Shown here one piece after another: positions 47,820 through 56,208 of a DNA stretch of 64,000 bases. Location of the stretch: the IMG/VR virus record IMGVR_UViG_3300042516_004698, positions 11,371-75,370 of that record; one strand, written 5' to 3'. The notes under the pieces were generated by a model. It was given only the letters and a program-made list of their open reading frames with translations. It was not told the origin of the DNA and ran no database searches. This DNA is from a virus. The position numbers were made by a program, and so were the translations under genes. Every line of letters begins with the position of its first letter. Position 1 is the stretch's first letter.

Positions 47820-47872
47820 TTGTACCGCGACATTTGCACTTCTTTTATGATTTGCAAATTGTCGCGGTACAA
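47820..47872. other. Long intergenic inverted repeat
   Basis: TTGTACCGCGACATTTGCA...TGCAAATTGTCGCGGTACAA, 19 bp with one bulge. Confidence 0.7.
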
Positions 47873-47920
47873 CAGACCCAGTCGTACCTATCAGGATTTT
47901 TCTTAGCTATTGGGAAGATT

Positions 47921-48394
47921 ATGGCCAAAAAGCACACGATTGAAAAACAGTCCCGACCAAGGCCGGCGTACGTCATGCCGGCGCCAAATGACGACATCGC
48001 TGCGTACGGCTGGGATCTCCGACAGATCCGGGAGCCAGACGCAAAAAGCGCTGACAAGAAAGACCCCGATAAGGGCAAGCCGATATTTAGCGCGCCACAG
48101 GAAACCCTGCGGACAATGGAACGCTACGGCTGCGACGCCCACTTTCTATGTCCTAAATACCTGCAGATTCTGCTCGATCACTCTGATGAGTTGCGCAAAG
48201 TAACCATGCAGGCGGCAGAGAATAAATACCGCGTCAGCGACATCGACGAGATCGAGGCGACGCTCAAGAAGATCTTTGAAGAGATTGTGCTACCAGATAT
48301 CGTCAGTAACTTTAACCGGATAGCGCGCCCAATCGCGCAGTTTTATGCTGCACGATTGGCGCACATCCGGAAGTTCGGCAGCGAGCACGGCTAG
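47921..48394 (+). CDS. Hypothetical protein
   Basis: Likely ATG at 47921; its stop overlaps the convergent gene's stop. Confidence 0.6.
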   Translation: MAKKHTIEKQSRPRPAYVMPAPNDDIAAYGWDLRQIREPDAKSADKKDPDKGKPIFSAPQETLRTMERYGCDAHFLCPKYLQILLDHSDELRKVTMQAAENKYRVSDIDEIEATLKKIFEEIVLPDIVSNFNRIARPIAQFYAARLAHIRKFGSEHG

Positions 48395-48666
48395 ATTGAG
48401 GCCAGCACTGTGAAGTCACGGCGGTAACCATCTACGGGACCGCGCTTACCAAGCATGAGATCGTCATCGGTCTTACCCTCGGCGTCTACCGGGTACGGCC
48501 CGCTAGCGTTCGATACGCCCGGACGATGCAGCCCGTGTTCAGCTGCTTTCTGAATTACAGAATTTGAAGTTGCAGCCGACAGCAATTCCTCGATACTCTT
48601 ACTGGCAACAACGAACTCAGCGCGACCGTTGGCAACCCGCGTTAAATCGTCAAGGATAGAAATCAT
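48391..48666 (-). CDS. Hypothetical protein on the minus strand
   Basis: RBS GGAGGTTTCC-ATG identical to that of gene 511; TTGCTG-17-TACCAT promoter-like element at 48732-48704. Confidence 0.65.
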   Translation of the reverse strand: MISILDDLTRVANGRAEFVVASKSIEELLSAATSNSVIQKAAEHGLHRPGVSNASGPYPVDAEGKTDDDLMLGKRGPVDGYRRDFTVLASI

Positions 48667-49186
48667 GGAAACCTCCAAGGAAGAAAAACCGGTTACTTGG
48701 CGTATGGTAACCGAGACCGTAAAACTCAGCAAGTTGCAGTTACGCAATATCGTTAAATTAGCTAATCAACAATTACCCAATCCGGACGACGAAATACAGC
48801 CAGAATTGCTGATGTGCGTATTAACCGCAGACATGCTTATGCGGTTGTCGTTTCTGTCTGCCGAGCAGCGCGAGCTTATTCTGAGCGAGTCAGCCTATGC
48901 TCGAAACGCGGGTATTTCTGAGTTCGCCCAGATAGTGTTTGCCGACGGGCAATACTGCACGTGGACCGAGAATACCGGATTTTTAAACCTCGAGACCGGG
49001 GAGACCTTAACCCAGATACCCGTCCCGCCTATGGAGACTATTTCGTATAATCTGACTGAGCTGTATAGGCGCGGAAGACATCAAATAACAAAGCGGTATC
49101 ATCATGGCAAACGACCCGATGCTCAAAGCGATGTGGAAGAGCCCGCAGACGTTCGCGAGCGTTCTGCTGACGGTGTTTCTGGATAG
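48665..49186 (+). CDS. Hypothetical protein
   Basis: ATG 48665 after AAGGA. Confidence 0.55.
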   Translation: METSKEEKPVTWRMVTETVKLSKLQLRNIVKLANQQLPNPDDEIQPELLMCVLTADMLMRLSFLSAEQRELILSESAYARNAGISEFAQIVFADGQYCTWTENTGFLNLETGETLTQIPVPPMETISYNLTELYRRGRHQITKRYHHGKRPDAQSDVEEPADVRERSADGVSG

Positions 49187-49781
49187 GTTCGGGGTCGAGG
49201 GGCTCCAGTGGGATCCCGCCACAATTACGCTGGAGGTCGAAGAGGAGTTTGACGTCGACCTGCCGCAGGCGTCGTTAGACAAGCTTCTCGTGGCTATTAA
49301 CATCGTCACATCGGACTCGTTCTACCGCAGCCTGCCCGATTTCGTAATGTTCTGCAACGTGCTCAGTGGTGACACCTACCGGCCAGACATGTTCGACCCG
49401 GCAGATAGCTCTGAAGTGGCGTGGGGGCTTACAGAGGGGCTGCTGCTCTCGCCGCCTGAAGACGATCAGGACGGCCCTTTCAGCGACGAGATCAGAGCCT
49501 ATATCGGAGCCGTGCTGGATCAGGAAGGCATTATCAACGCGCCGGACGTGCTTAAGATCGCCCTGCGTAAAGCCAACGTGTCCGATGCGGCAAATGAGTT
49601 CTCAGACGACCCGGACATGTTCAACGCCGTCTACGACGTTGAGGCCGGGAAAGCTGCCGAGGTGGACGATATCATTCGAGCGAAGGTACAAATGCTGCTG
49701 GGGCAATTGCAGGCGCTCCAGCTGCGAAACGGCGCTACTGGTGCCGTAGTTAAAACGCTTGCAGCGTCTCTTTCTAGATAG
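49104..49781 (+). CDS. Acidic helical hypothetical protein
   Basis: 225-aa ORF with biased codon use. Confidence 0.65.
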   Translation: MANDPMLKAMWKSPQTFASVLLTVFLDRFGVEGLQWDPATITLEVEEEFDVDLPQASLDKLLVAINIVTSDSFYRSLPDFVMFCNVLSGDTYRPDMFDPADSSEVAWGLTEGLLLSPPEDDQDGPFSDEIRAYIGAVLDQEGIINAPDVLKIALRKANVSDAANEFSDDPDMFNAVYDVEAGKAAEVDDIIRAKVQMLLGQLQALQLRNGATGAVVKTLAASLSR

Positions 49782-49789
49782 GAAACAAC

Positions 49790-50005
49790 GTGCTTGTTTT
49801 AGCGCGAAAACGTGATGAGGTCATAATGATCGGCGACAACATCAAGATCACAGTCGTCGAAATACTACCCCACGCCGTTAAAATCGGCATCGACGCTCCG
49901 GCCGAAACGACGATCGTACGTAAAGAGCTTATCGCCAAGATGAAATTCGATCATCGGGCGCAACGGCCTAAAATCGGCAAAGATAACAAAGCAAATAAAG
50001 CTTAG
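49790..50005 (+). CDS. csrA: Carbon storage regulator / translational repressor CsrA
   Basis: MLVLARKRDEVIMIGDNIKITVVEI...VKIGIDAP..TTIVRKEL matches the CsrA family, including the RNA-binding Arg equivalent to R44. Confidence 0.95.
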   Translation: MLVLARKRDEVIMIGDNIKITVVEILPHAVKIGIDAPAETTIVRKELIAKMKFDHRAQRPKIGKDNKANKA

Positions 50006-51204
50006 TCGTCTTCCTCAGCGGCATAGTCGAACAGGGCTTCCAGCGATAACAAGCCCTGTTCGGCTTCGGGGCCGGTAATTGGCGACCCGGCGGACTTCTC
50101 GACCATCAGGCGATCGAGCATAGCCGCCATCCCGCGGTCCAGCGTCGGCACAATAGCCGCCAGCTTATCTCGGTCGGTATAGACACCGCCGGCAGACACG
50201 GCGTCAGCAAAGTCGTCGCCCAGCACGTCGCGGAGGTCGTCAACGGCCAGCTTTTCCAGATCGGCAAGGTCGTACACGTTGCCAGTGGTCGTCTCCACGT
50301 GGCCCGACATAAAGTCGCGAGCTGCCTTTTCGGTAATCGCAAATAATACGTCTTCGGGGCGGTCCAGCCCGCCGTTCTCATAAAGGCGCTGGAGCTTGGT
50401 ATCCCGGTCGAACTGGTCAACGATGCCGGCCAGTTTCAGCCGGAACTCCTCCCGGGCGGACTCGAGCGGGCTATTTTCGACCAGATCGGCCAGTTTAGCC
50501 ATTTCGGCGCTCAGGGCCGCGTGGGAGCGCTTTACGAGCTGCGCACGGCCACGAATAAGCTCAGCGGCTACTTTGACGGCGCAAAGTCCACGACCGGCAG
50601 CGGCGTCCAGACAGCCCTCAGCGGCGCTTATATCGGCTCCGTAGGCCGTAGCCTTGTCGAGGATCTTGTTGGCGATCTTATACCGGTCGGCAAACACGAA
50701 CTCGTCGCGGTACTTGTGGAAATGCGCCGAGGCAAATTTAACTTCGGTCGCGTTCCGGAGCGGCCAATGGCGTTCTACCTCGCCGGAGTCAGCCCGCCAT
50801 ACAATTGCAAAATCCTCGTCGGGGAGGCTATTTAAAGACGTGGTATTTGCGGCAGCCACCTTCTCGGTCACTTCCGTTACGGCTGTCGCAATGCCAAAAT
50901 ACCGGGCGGCAGAGACAATCCGCTCCTCGATGGCCTCGGCGGTTTTGGTGTCGAACTCGGCCCGCTTCTCGGCAAACCAGAGGGCGGACATCCACGTGGC
51001 CGGGGCTGTGTGGCAAGGATAAAGCTTCTTGTGCGGCTCGGCGTATAAATGCCGCGCCATTTTCTCAGGATTCCCGTGCAGGCGCTCATGGTCGGCGCTT
51101 TTAACAAAATCAGGGGCAGGGTATAAAGAGAGCAGACGGTGAGTTTCGCGGCCACTGATATCGCGGGTGTGATCCAGAGTATTCATGACGTTATTTAGCT
51201 CCAT
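50002..51204 (-). CDS. Probable internal head protein (K-x-A rich)
   Basis: 14 of 21 Lys are in K-x-A; the true start may be ATG 51186, which follows GGAG. Confidence 0.6.
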   Translation of the reverse strand: MELNNVMNTLDHTRDISGRETHRLLSLYPAPDFVKSADHERLHGNPEKMARHLYAEPHKKLYPCHTAPATWMSALWFAEKRAEFDTKTAEAIEERIVSAARYFGIATAVTEVTEKVAAANTTSLNSLPDEDFAIVWRADSGEVERHWPLRNATEVKFASAHFHKYRDEFVFADRYKIANKILDKATAYGADISAAEGCLDAAAGRGLCAVKVAAELIRGRAQLVKRSHAALSAEMAKLADLVENSPLESAREEFRLKLAGIVDQFDRDTKLQRLYENGGLDRPEDVLFAITEKAARDFMSGHVETTTGNVYDLADLEKLAVDDLRDVLGDDFADAVSAGGVYTDRDKLAAIVPTLDRGMAAMLDRLMVEKSAGSPITGPEAEQGLLSLEALFDYAAEEDD

Positions 51205-53818
51205 TATCGGAAGACACAGTCACGTGAGTGCCCTAATGATTATGGGCATTGCGGACGAAAATACGTCTTTTCCCGCCGTGCTGTCTTGTCCGTTTTGTGG
51301 CAAATCGACGTTGTATTGTTACGACGACACAGCCCGAGAAGATATCTGGTTAGCCTGCGACACCTGCTCGGTTCATGGAAATATCATAACATTCGCAGCG
51401 CAGATCTGGAAGCTAAACCCGGTCCAAACGCTCGCCCGATTCGACGAAAAGGGGCTGTGCTCCCGCAAAAACGACGCTGACGAAGTTAGCCGGCTAGCCA
51501 AGACCATAGAACGTACGACGGCGGCCGAGAAGTTCTGGACGGCGGCCCGAAAACAGCTATGGGACCATGACGACGTAACCATAGCCTACAAATTGCGTGA
51601 ATTAGGCGTATCCAACGAGATTCCGTGTGAAGGACTTGTCGGAGTGGCGCACCCAAAACAGGTCGACGAATTATGCGGGTCGGTGGCGAGAGCGTTTCCA
51701 ACCAACTTCGCCAAGACGGCTGTTATCGTATTTCCGTATTACGATCTGCCGCAACGACACAGCGGCTTTTTATTACTACAGCCCGGCGAAGATTTAACAA
51801 CCCAGCGGGCATTTATTACGACAAGCCGGAGCGGGCGAGTTAAGACAGACGCAGGATACTATTTATTACAGACGGCTCTCCTGCCAGAAAATCCTGCGCT
51901 TAAGCATTCGTACTTTATTGTCGATGACCCGCTCTGGGCGCTCAAGGCGCAGACTACGCAACTGCGCCACGGCCATAGCCTGCTGCCCATCTGCGCCAGC
52001 TATGACGGCAAAGAAGCGTCTAGCTACAGCATAAACCTGCTGCTGTTCCCGCACACCCGCCGGTTCTTCTCAAGCCGCGCTGTCACGCCAGCTTTGATTT
52101 CTCAAGCTGCCGCGGCGAGAGGATACGTCTGCACGCCACCAGACCGGCGCTCGCCATTGCCTGACATGCCGGCAAAAACCGTAGGCCGCCTTGCGAATAT
52201 ATGCCGATACGCAAAAACATGGCAGGACTCGCTTGAGCAGGTGTTTAAGACAAACAACGGACTGGCCGCCCAAGCGTTTGCCGCCGAGCTCAATATCGAC
52301 CGAGATAAGCTGCAGCGCTTTCTACAAGACCGTACGCCGCTGTCTCATGACGCAATCCAGCGCGTGCTTGAAAAAGTCGTACCGCATCACGGCGTCGACA
52401 ACATCAAGTACCGCCCCAAGACCGTCATCGAGCGCGACAACAAGTGGTACACAACTACAGGCGAGCAACTCACAAACTGCACGCCAATCGTCACGAAGAT
52501 CATTCATACCGACACAGAAGACAAATACTACGAAGGCTATATACAGAAAGAAGACATCGCCTATCCGTTTTTTGAGCGCTCTACTGTAGTCGAACGTCTC
52601 GGCCTGTTGAATTACGCCACTCAGCACATGGCGACTCACGGCGAGCTGGCGCTGTTTATGCGGCAATGGAATTTGCGGTCGCTAGCCACTGCACTCACGC
52701 TCCACCCGCCGCAAATACTCTCGATCTCTAGCGCGCCCGGTTGGAATGAGCGGACAAAAGAGTTCCAGTTCCGTCGCTACTCGATTAAGACGGATGGGAC
52801 TGTCGTTCCAGCGCCGTGCCCGGATCTATGCGCAGCAAATCCGCTCGATATGCCACCGCCAGAACTGGCAGCGCCGCACGCAATTCACAGCTTACTGGCG
52901 CCGACGCACGAAAACGCTGGCCTGTGGGCGTTTACAGCCGCGACTTTGGCCAGTATGGTAGCGCCAGCAGTTGCCGCAAGTCCGCAGAGCTTTGTGCTCG
53001 AGAAAACCGTATTCGATACGTTCTCTGTATTTGCGACACAGTTTGGCTGCGATAGCGTTTTGATTGGCGCGCCGTACAGAAACAACTCGGTCGGCGTAAT
53101 GCGGGCAGTCCAGCTAGTACGATGGCCGACGCTGGTATCAGAAATTAATGACAACGATAGAGGGCTTAGCGCCAGTATTATCAAGTACGCACACAGCCCG
53201 ACGATGTTCAGCGTGCTGCCGCAAAGCATCGTCAGCGCGCTCAGCTTCGACTGGTACGGGATAACGCCGGCAGCGCTCCCAGACAAAACAACAGACGTCT
53301 CTTCAATGCAGTTTGTCATCCCAGCGTATATTCAGCACGTCTTGCGGGACAGGCTGCCGGTAAAGGTGGGCGTGCCTTTAGTGCTCGTTATTTTGCGCGA
53401 TTTGCACAAATGGCTGGAGCACACGTACGGCGCCAGTTTTAACCTAGCCGCCGCAGAACGAGTAATAATCACACCTGAACACGCGCATGTTGTATTAATG
53501 ACAGAGTTAAACAACGCCATTACAGCCGGCGATATCAGCGTTTTGCCGCGGCCCAGAACGTCCAAGCAGAATCCCAGCTACGTCATCCGCAATAGGCAGC
53601 ATTGGTGGCTCAATAGAAAAGCCATAAATAACTACCTAGAGCAAAAAAGCGGGATTGTTCCGAATTGGAATGCTCTGTTAAACTGTTTCGTTAAACAGGG
53701 TGTATTTGCCGGCGAAAGCACAATAAACAAATCAAACGGTTTACTGTTACGCCGCGACTGGTGCGATACGTTTAGAGAGCCCGGATCAGAAACGCAGGAC
53801 GTAAAAAATGTCGGCTAA
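51185..53818 (+). CDS. Degenerate primase-like protein (Zn finger plus DnaG-like core)
   Basis: CPFC...CDTC, GNIITFAAQIWKL, VIVFPYYD...GF; TOPRIM-like YFIVDDPLWAL; no Walker A visible. Confidence 0.5.
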   Translation: MTLFSSIIGRHSHVSALMIMGIADENTSFPAVLSCPFCGKSTLYCYDDTAREDIWLACDTCSVHGNIITFAAQIWKLNPVQTLARFDEKGLCSRKNDADEVSRLAKTIERTTAAEKFWTAARKQLWDHDDVTIAYKLRELGVSNEIPCEGLVGVAHPKQVDELCGSVARAFPTNFAKTAVIVFPYYDLPQRHSGFLLLQPGEDLTTQRAFITTSRSGRVKTDAGYYLLQTALLPENPALKHSYFIVDDPLWALKAQTTQLRHGHSLLPICASYDGKEASSYSINLLLFPHTRRFFSSRAVTPALISQAAAARGYVCTPPDRRSPLPDMPAKTVGRLANICRYAKTWQDSLEQVFKTNNGLAAQAFAAELNIDRDKLQRFLQDRTPLSHDAIQRVLEKVVPHHGVDNIKYRPKTVIERDNKWYTTTGEQLTNCTPIVTKIIHTDTEDKYYEGYIQKEDIAYPFFERSTVVERLGLLNYATQHMATHGELALFMRQWNLRSLATALTLHPPQILSISSAPGWNERTKEFQFRRYSIKTDGTVVPAPCPDLCAANPLDMPPPELAAPHAIHSLLAPTHENAGLWAFTAATLASMVAPAVAASPQSFVLEKTVFDTFSVFATQFGCDSVLIGAPYRNNSVGVMRAVQLVRWPTLVSEINDNDRGLSASIIKYAHSPTMFSVLPQSIVSALSFDWYGITPAALPDKTTDVSSMQFVIPAYIQHVLRDRLPVKVGVPLVLVILRDLHKWLEHTYGASFNLAAAERVIITPEHAHVVLMTELNNAITAGDISVLPRPRTSKQNPSYVIRNRQHWWLNRKAINNYLEQKSGIVPNWNALLNCFVKQGVFAGESTINKSNGLLLRRDWCDTFREPGSETQDVKNVG

Positions 53819-54167
53819 GGAGTCGGATATGTCGCGGGTATACGGTCACTACTGGGCTGGTTGGTGTGATCCTATTGTTGCCGCCAAGCGCGACGACAAC
53901 TTTGACGAGGATTTCATCGACGAAGAGTGGCGGTTTGTTGACGACGACGAAGAAGAGGATGACGAAGACAGCATCGATGACGACGAGGACTACATCAAAA
54001 CAAATGTAGACTGGTACATCGACGAAAACGATGATTCCGCGGACGACGCCGACGATGACCTAAACTGGGAATACGGCGAAGACGACGACGAAGAAGAAGA
54101 CGACGAAGACCCAGCTTATCTTGACGACGACGAGGCAGATTACGACGCTGACGGCGCAGACGATTGA
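53808..54167 (+). CDS. Extremely acidic small protein
   Basis: About half Asp/Glu with spaced aromatic residues. Confidence 0.65.
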   Translation: MSAKESDMSRVYGHYWAGWCDPIVAAKRDDNFDEDFIDEEWRFVDDDEEEDDEDSIDDDEDYIKTNVDWYIDENDDSADDADDDLNWEYGEDDDEEEDDEDPAYLDDDEADYDADGADD

Positions 54168-54173
54168 TCTTTT

Positions 54174-54246
54174 GCCGGTGTAGCTCAGTTGGTAGAGCGT
54201 CAGTTTTGTAAACTGAATGTCGCCGGATCGTTCCCGGCCACCGGCT
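54174..54246 (+). tRNA. trnT: tRNA-Thr(UGU), no encoded CCA
   Basis: Acceptor GCCGGTG/CACCGGC, D arm GCTC/GAGC, anticodon stem TCAGT/ACTGA with loop TTTGTAA, T stem GCCGG/CCGGC. Confidence 0.92.
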
Positions 54247-54264
54247 TTGTTAAAATCTAAGGTA

Positions 54265-54278
54265 CGTCACGGAGGACG
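54265..54278 (+). promoter_or_regulatory. CsrA/Rsm-type binding hairpin over the RBS
   Basis: CGTC-ACGGAG-GACG before ATG 54283. Confidence 0.6.
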
Positions 54279-54282
54279 CGCC

Positions 54283-54726
54283 ATGGATTTCCGGATTGCC
54301 GTCAAAGACATAAACAAGCTCGGCCTGATCGACGTCACGGCTATCTATACGCGCTTGTCGTGGCCGGACTCAGAAAGCGCCAGCTCGATACGCAAAGAGA
54401 TCGAAAAGCGTTACGTCACGCCAGAACCGGGCCCGCATCCAGAGATGACGATGGCGCTCGTCTGGTGCGATGACGTTCTCGTTGGCTGGGTCGGCACGCG
54501 CCCTTGGCCCGAGAAGTTCAAGGGCGAGACAATTACCGTCCAGACAGTCGAGTGTTTCGTAGATCAAGAATACCGCCGGCGAGGTTTTGCTAGCCTTGGT
54601 ATGCAGGCGTTGATTACCTCTGGCGCAATTTCCCGCGTACGGCCAGTTGCCGTATACGCGCCTGAAGCTGTGAACGTAGCCAAGCAATGCGGATGTCAAA
54701 CCGTGTTGCTGTGTGAAGCTACGTGA
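54283..54726 (+). CDS. GNAT-family acetyltransferase
   Basis: LVGWV and motif A FVDQEYRRRGFA. Confidence 0.8.
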   Translation: MDFRIAVKDINKLGLIDVTAIYTRLSWPDSESASSIRKEIEKRYVTPEPGPHPEMTMALVWCDDVLVGWVGTRPWPEKFKGETITVQTVECFVDQEYRRRGFASLGMQALITSGAISRVRPVAVYAPEAVNVAKQCGCQTVLLCEAT

Positions 54727-54750
54727 ACTGCGCAAACAGCTATCCGCACA

Positions 54751-54778
54751 TTGACGCCTAGCCAATCAGTGCTAGGCT
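54751..54778 (+). promoter_or_regulatory. Sigma70-like promoter overlapped by a palindrome
   Basis: TTGACG-16-TAGGCT with an extended TG; GCCTAGC-N8-GCTAGGC spans it. Confidence 0.5.
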
Positions 54779-54816
54779 GCTCGATCGGTGTGTGCCTCTA
54801 ACTGAAAAGAGAAACA

Positions 54817-55095
54817 ATGATCCCAGCTACAAATTGGGAACCTAGCCGCAAAGACATTGAATGGCAGGAGCACATGATGCGCCTGCTAATAAATAAAGCC
54901 GCGTGGGCCGTACCCGGCACACAAAGCATCTTCGAAATCGACAAAGACAGTAAAACATTTAAGCTTGTTGTCGGTAACCCGGAAGAAGAAACTAATCGGC
55001 GCATCGCCAAAGTATTTAGACGGCTCGGCTTCTCCGAGTTCGGGGCGAGTGACCCTGAAAATCCGTTAGATCGTTTCAATGGTTCCATCAACTAG
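54817..55095 (+). CDS. Hypothetical protein
   Basis: ORF downstream of the promoter. Confidence 0.6.
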   Translation: MIPATNWEPSRKDIEWQEHMMRLLINKAAWAVPGTQSIFEIDKDSKTFKLVVGNPEEETNRRIAKVFRRLGFSEFGASDPENPLDRFNGSIN

Positions 55096-55105
55096 GGAGA
55101 TATCC

Positions 55106-55435
55106 ATGACCAGCGACGCAACAGTGACCAGCCTTCTCAGCAACATCGCCAAGGCAACCGAGGCTTTGGCCGAAGCCGTGTCCAACGAGATGAGCCTCGA
55201 GGATGGGCGGGCGAAGATCAAGATGGAAGCCGTGCAGCGCATCATGGCAGCCGGCGACAACCCCATGACCAGTAAGCCGCATTCGTTCAGCAGCGCGGAA
55301 GCCGTAGCCAATACCGACAAGGTGTACAACGACTATCTCGCTACCGTACGCCAAGCAGCTGTGCAGCGAATCCTTGCCCGCGGCCGTTACGACTCTGCGC
55401 TGATCGAGGCGCAGCTTATCGCCGGTAAGCGGTAA
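55106..55435 (+). CDS. Helical hypothetical protein
   Basis: SD AGGGAG; strong codon bias. Confidence 0.65.
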   Translation: MTSDATVTSLLSNIAKATEALAEAVSNEMSLEDGRAKIKMEAVQRIMAAGDNPMTSKPHSFSSAEAVANTDKVYNDYLATVRQAAVQRILARGRYDSALIEAQLIAGKR

Positions 55436-55444
55436 GCAGCACAC

Positions 55445-55464
55445 GAGCAATCAAGGAGGAGCTC
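55445..55464 (+). promoter_or_regulatory. CsrA/Rsm-type binding hairpin over the RBS
   Basis: GAGC-AA-TC-AAGGAG-GA-GCTC immediately before ATG 55465. Confidence 0.5.
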
Positions 55465-56208
55465 ATGACAGACAGCAAACAACTAGAAAAGATCGCAAAG
55501 CTCAAGCAGATAATCGACAATCGCATCAAACGCGTAAATCGCGCCGGCGACAAAGAAATCTCGCGTATAAACAAAATACGCGACCGTAAATACGAGGCTG
55601 GTAAAAAACTGGGGCACTGCGCTTGCGGTAAACCCCGCGAGCAAAGCGGCTATACCGCCAACATGTGCAAGGTGTGCTACGCTAAATGGCACGCTGAATG
55701 GAACGAGGCGCAAAGCCGTAAATATAGACTGGTCGAGCGGCTTAAAGGCAAGCTAGAAGACGCCATTATCCGAAGCGAGTTGCCGCGGATGGTGATTGCG
55801 CAAGCTGCGCGCGAGTTGCGCGGGACTTGCGAAATCGAGCCCCGCGTACAGAAATTCGAGCGTTGGCTTGAGCGGCGTAAACAAGCACAGATAGCAAAAC
55901 CGCCGAAAAGCATTAGTCGCTTAGCGGTATGCGCCTGCGGCCAACCAAAGCCGCTCAGCGCAAACTACTGTTTCGACTGTCAGGATGCTCGGCGTATGAT
56001 CAAAATGACTACGCCGCTGATAAGCAGCGCCGGAATAATTGAAAAAGCGCGTAATTACGTGCCGAAGATCGTGACCAGCGCGATACCCGTCGTAATTACA
56101 AAACGCGGCAGACGCGTGAACATCGATTACGACAAAACCTCTAACCCGGATTTTGACAATAACGGCTTCGACAATATCGTCAAGCTGTACGAAGACTGCC
56201 AAGACTAG
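55465..56208 (+). CDS. Basic protein with two CxCG...CxxC zinc fingers
   Basis: CACGKP...CKVC and CACGQP...CFDC. Confidence 0.65.
   Translation: MTDSKQLEKIAKLKQIIDNRIKRVNRAGDKEISRINKIRDRKYEAGKKLGHCACGKPREQSGYTANMCKVCYAKWHAEWNEAQSRKYRLVERLKGKLEDAIIRSELPRMVIAQAARELRGTCEIEPRVQKFERWLERRKQAQIAKPPKSISRLAVCACGQPKPLSANYCFDCQDARRMIKMTTPLISSAGIIEKARNYVPKIVTSAIPVVITKRGRRVNIDYDKTSNPDFDNNGFDNIVKLYEDCQD

Noticed and set aside
47810-47920. Upstream extension of ORF 47810-48394
   Set aside because: It runs through the inverted repeat; ATG 47921 after a purine-rich stretch is the more plausible start.
54174-54246. tRNA as a prophage attachment site
   Set aside because: No integrase, no duplicated tRNA 3' end seen, and phage-like genes on both sides.
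54217-54282. N-terminal extension of the GNAT ORF
   Set aside because: It overlaps the tRNA; the SD supports ATG 54283.
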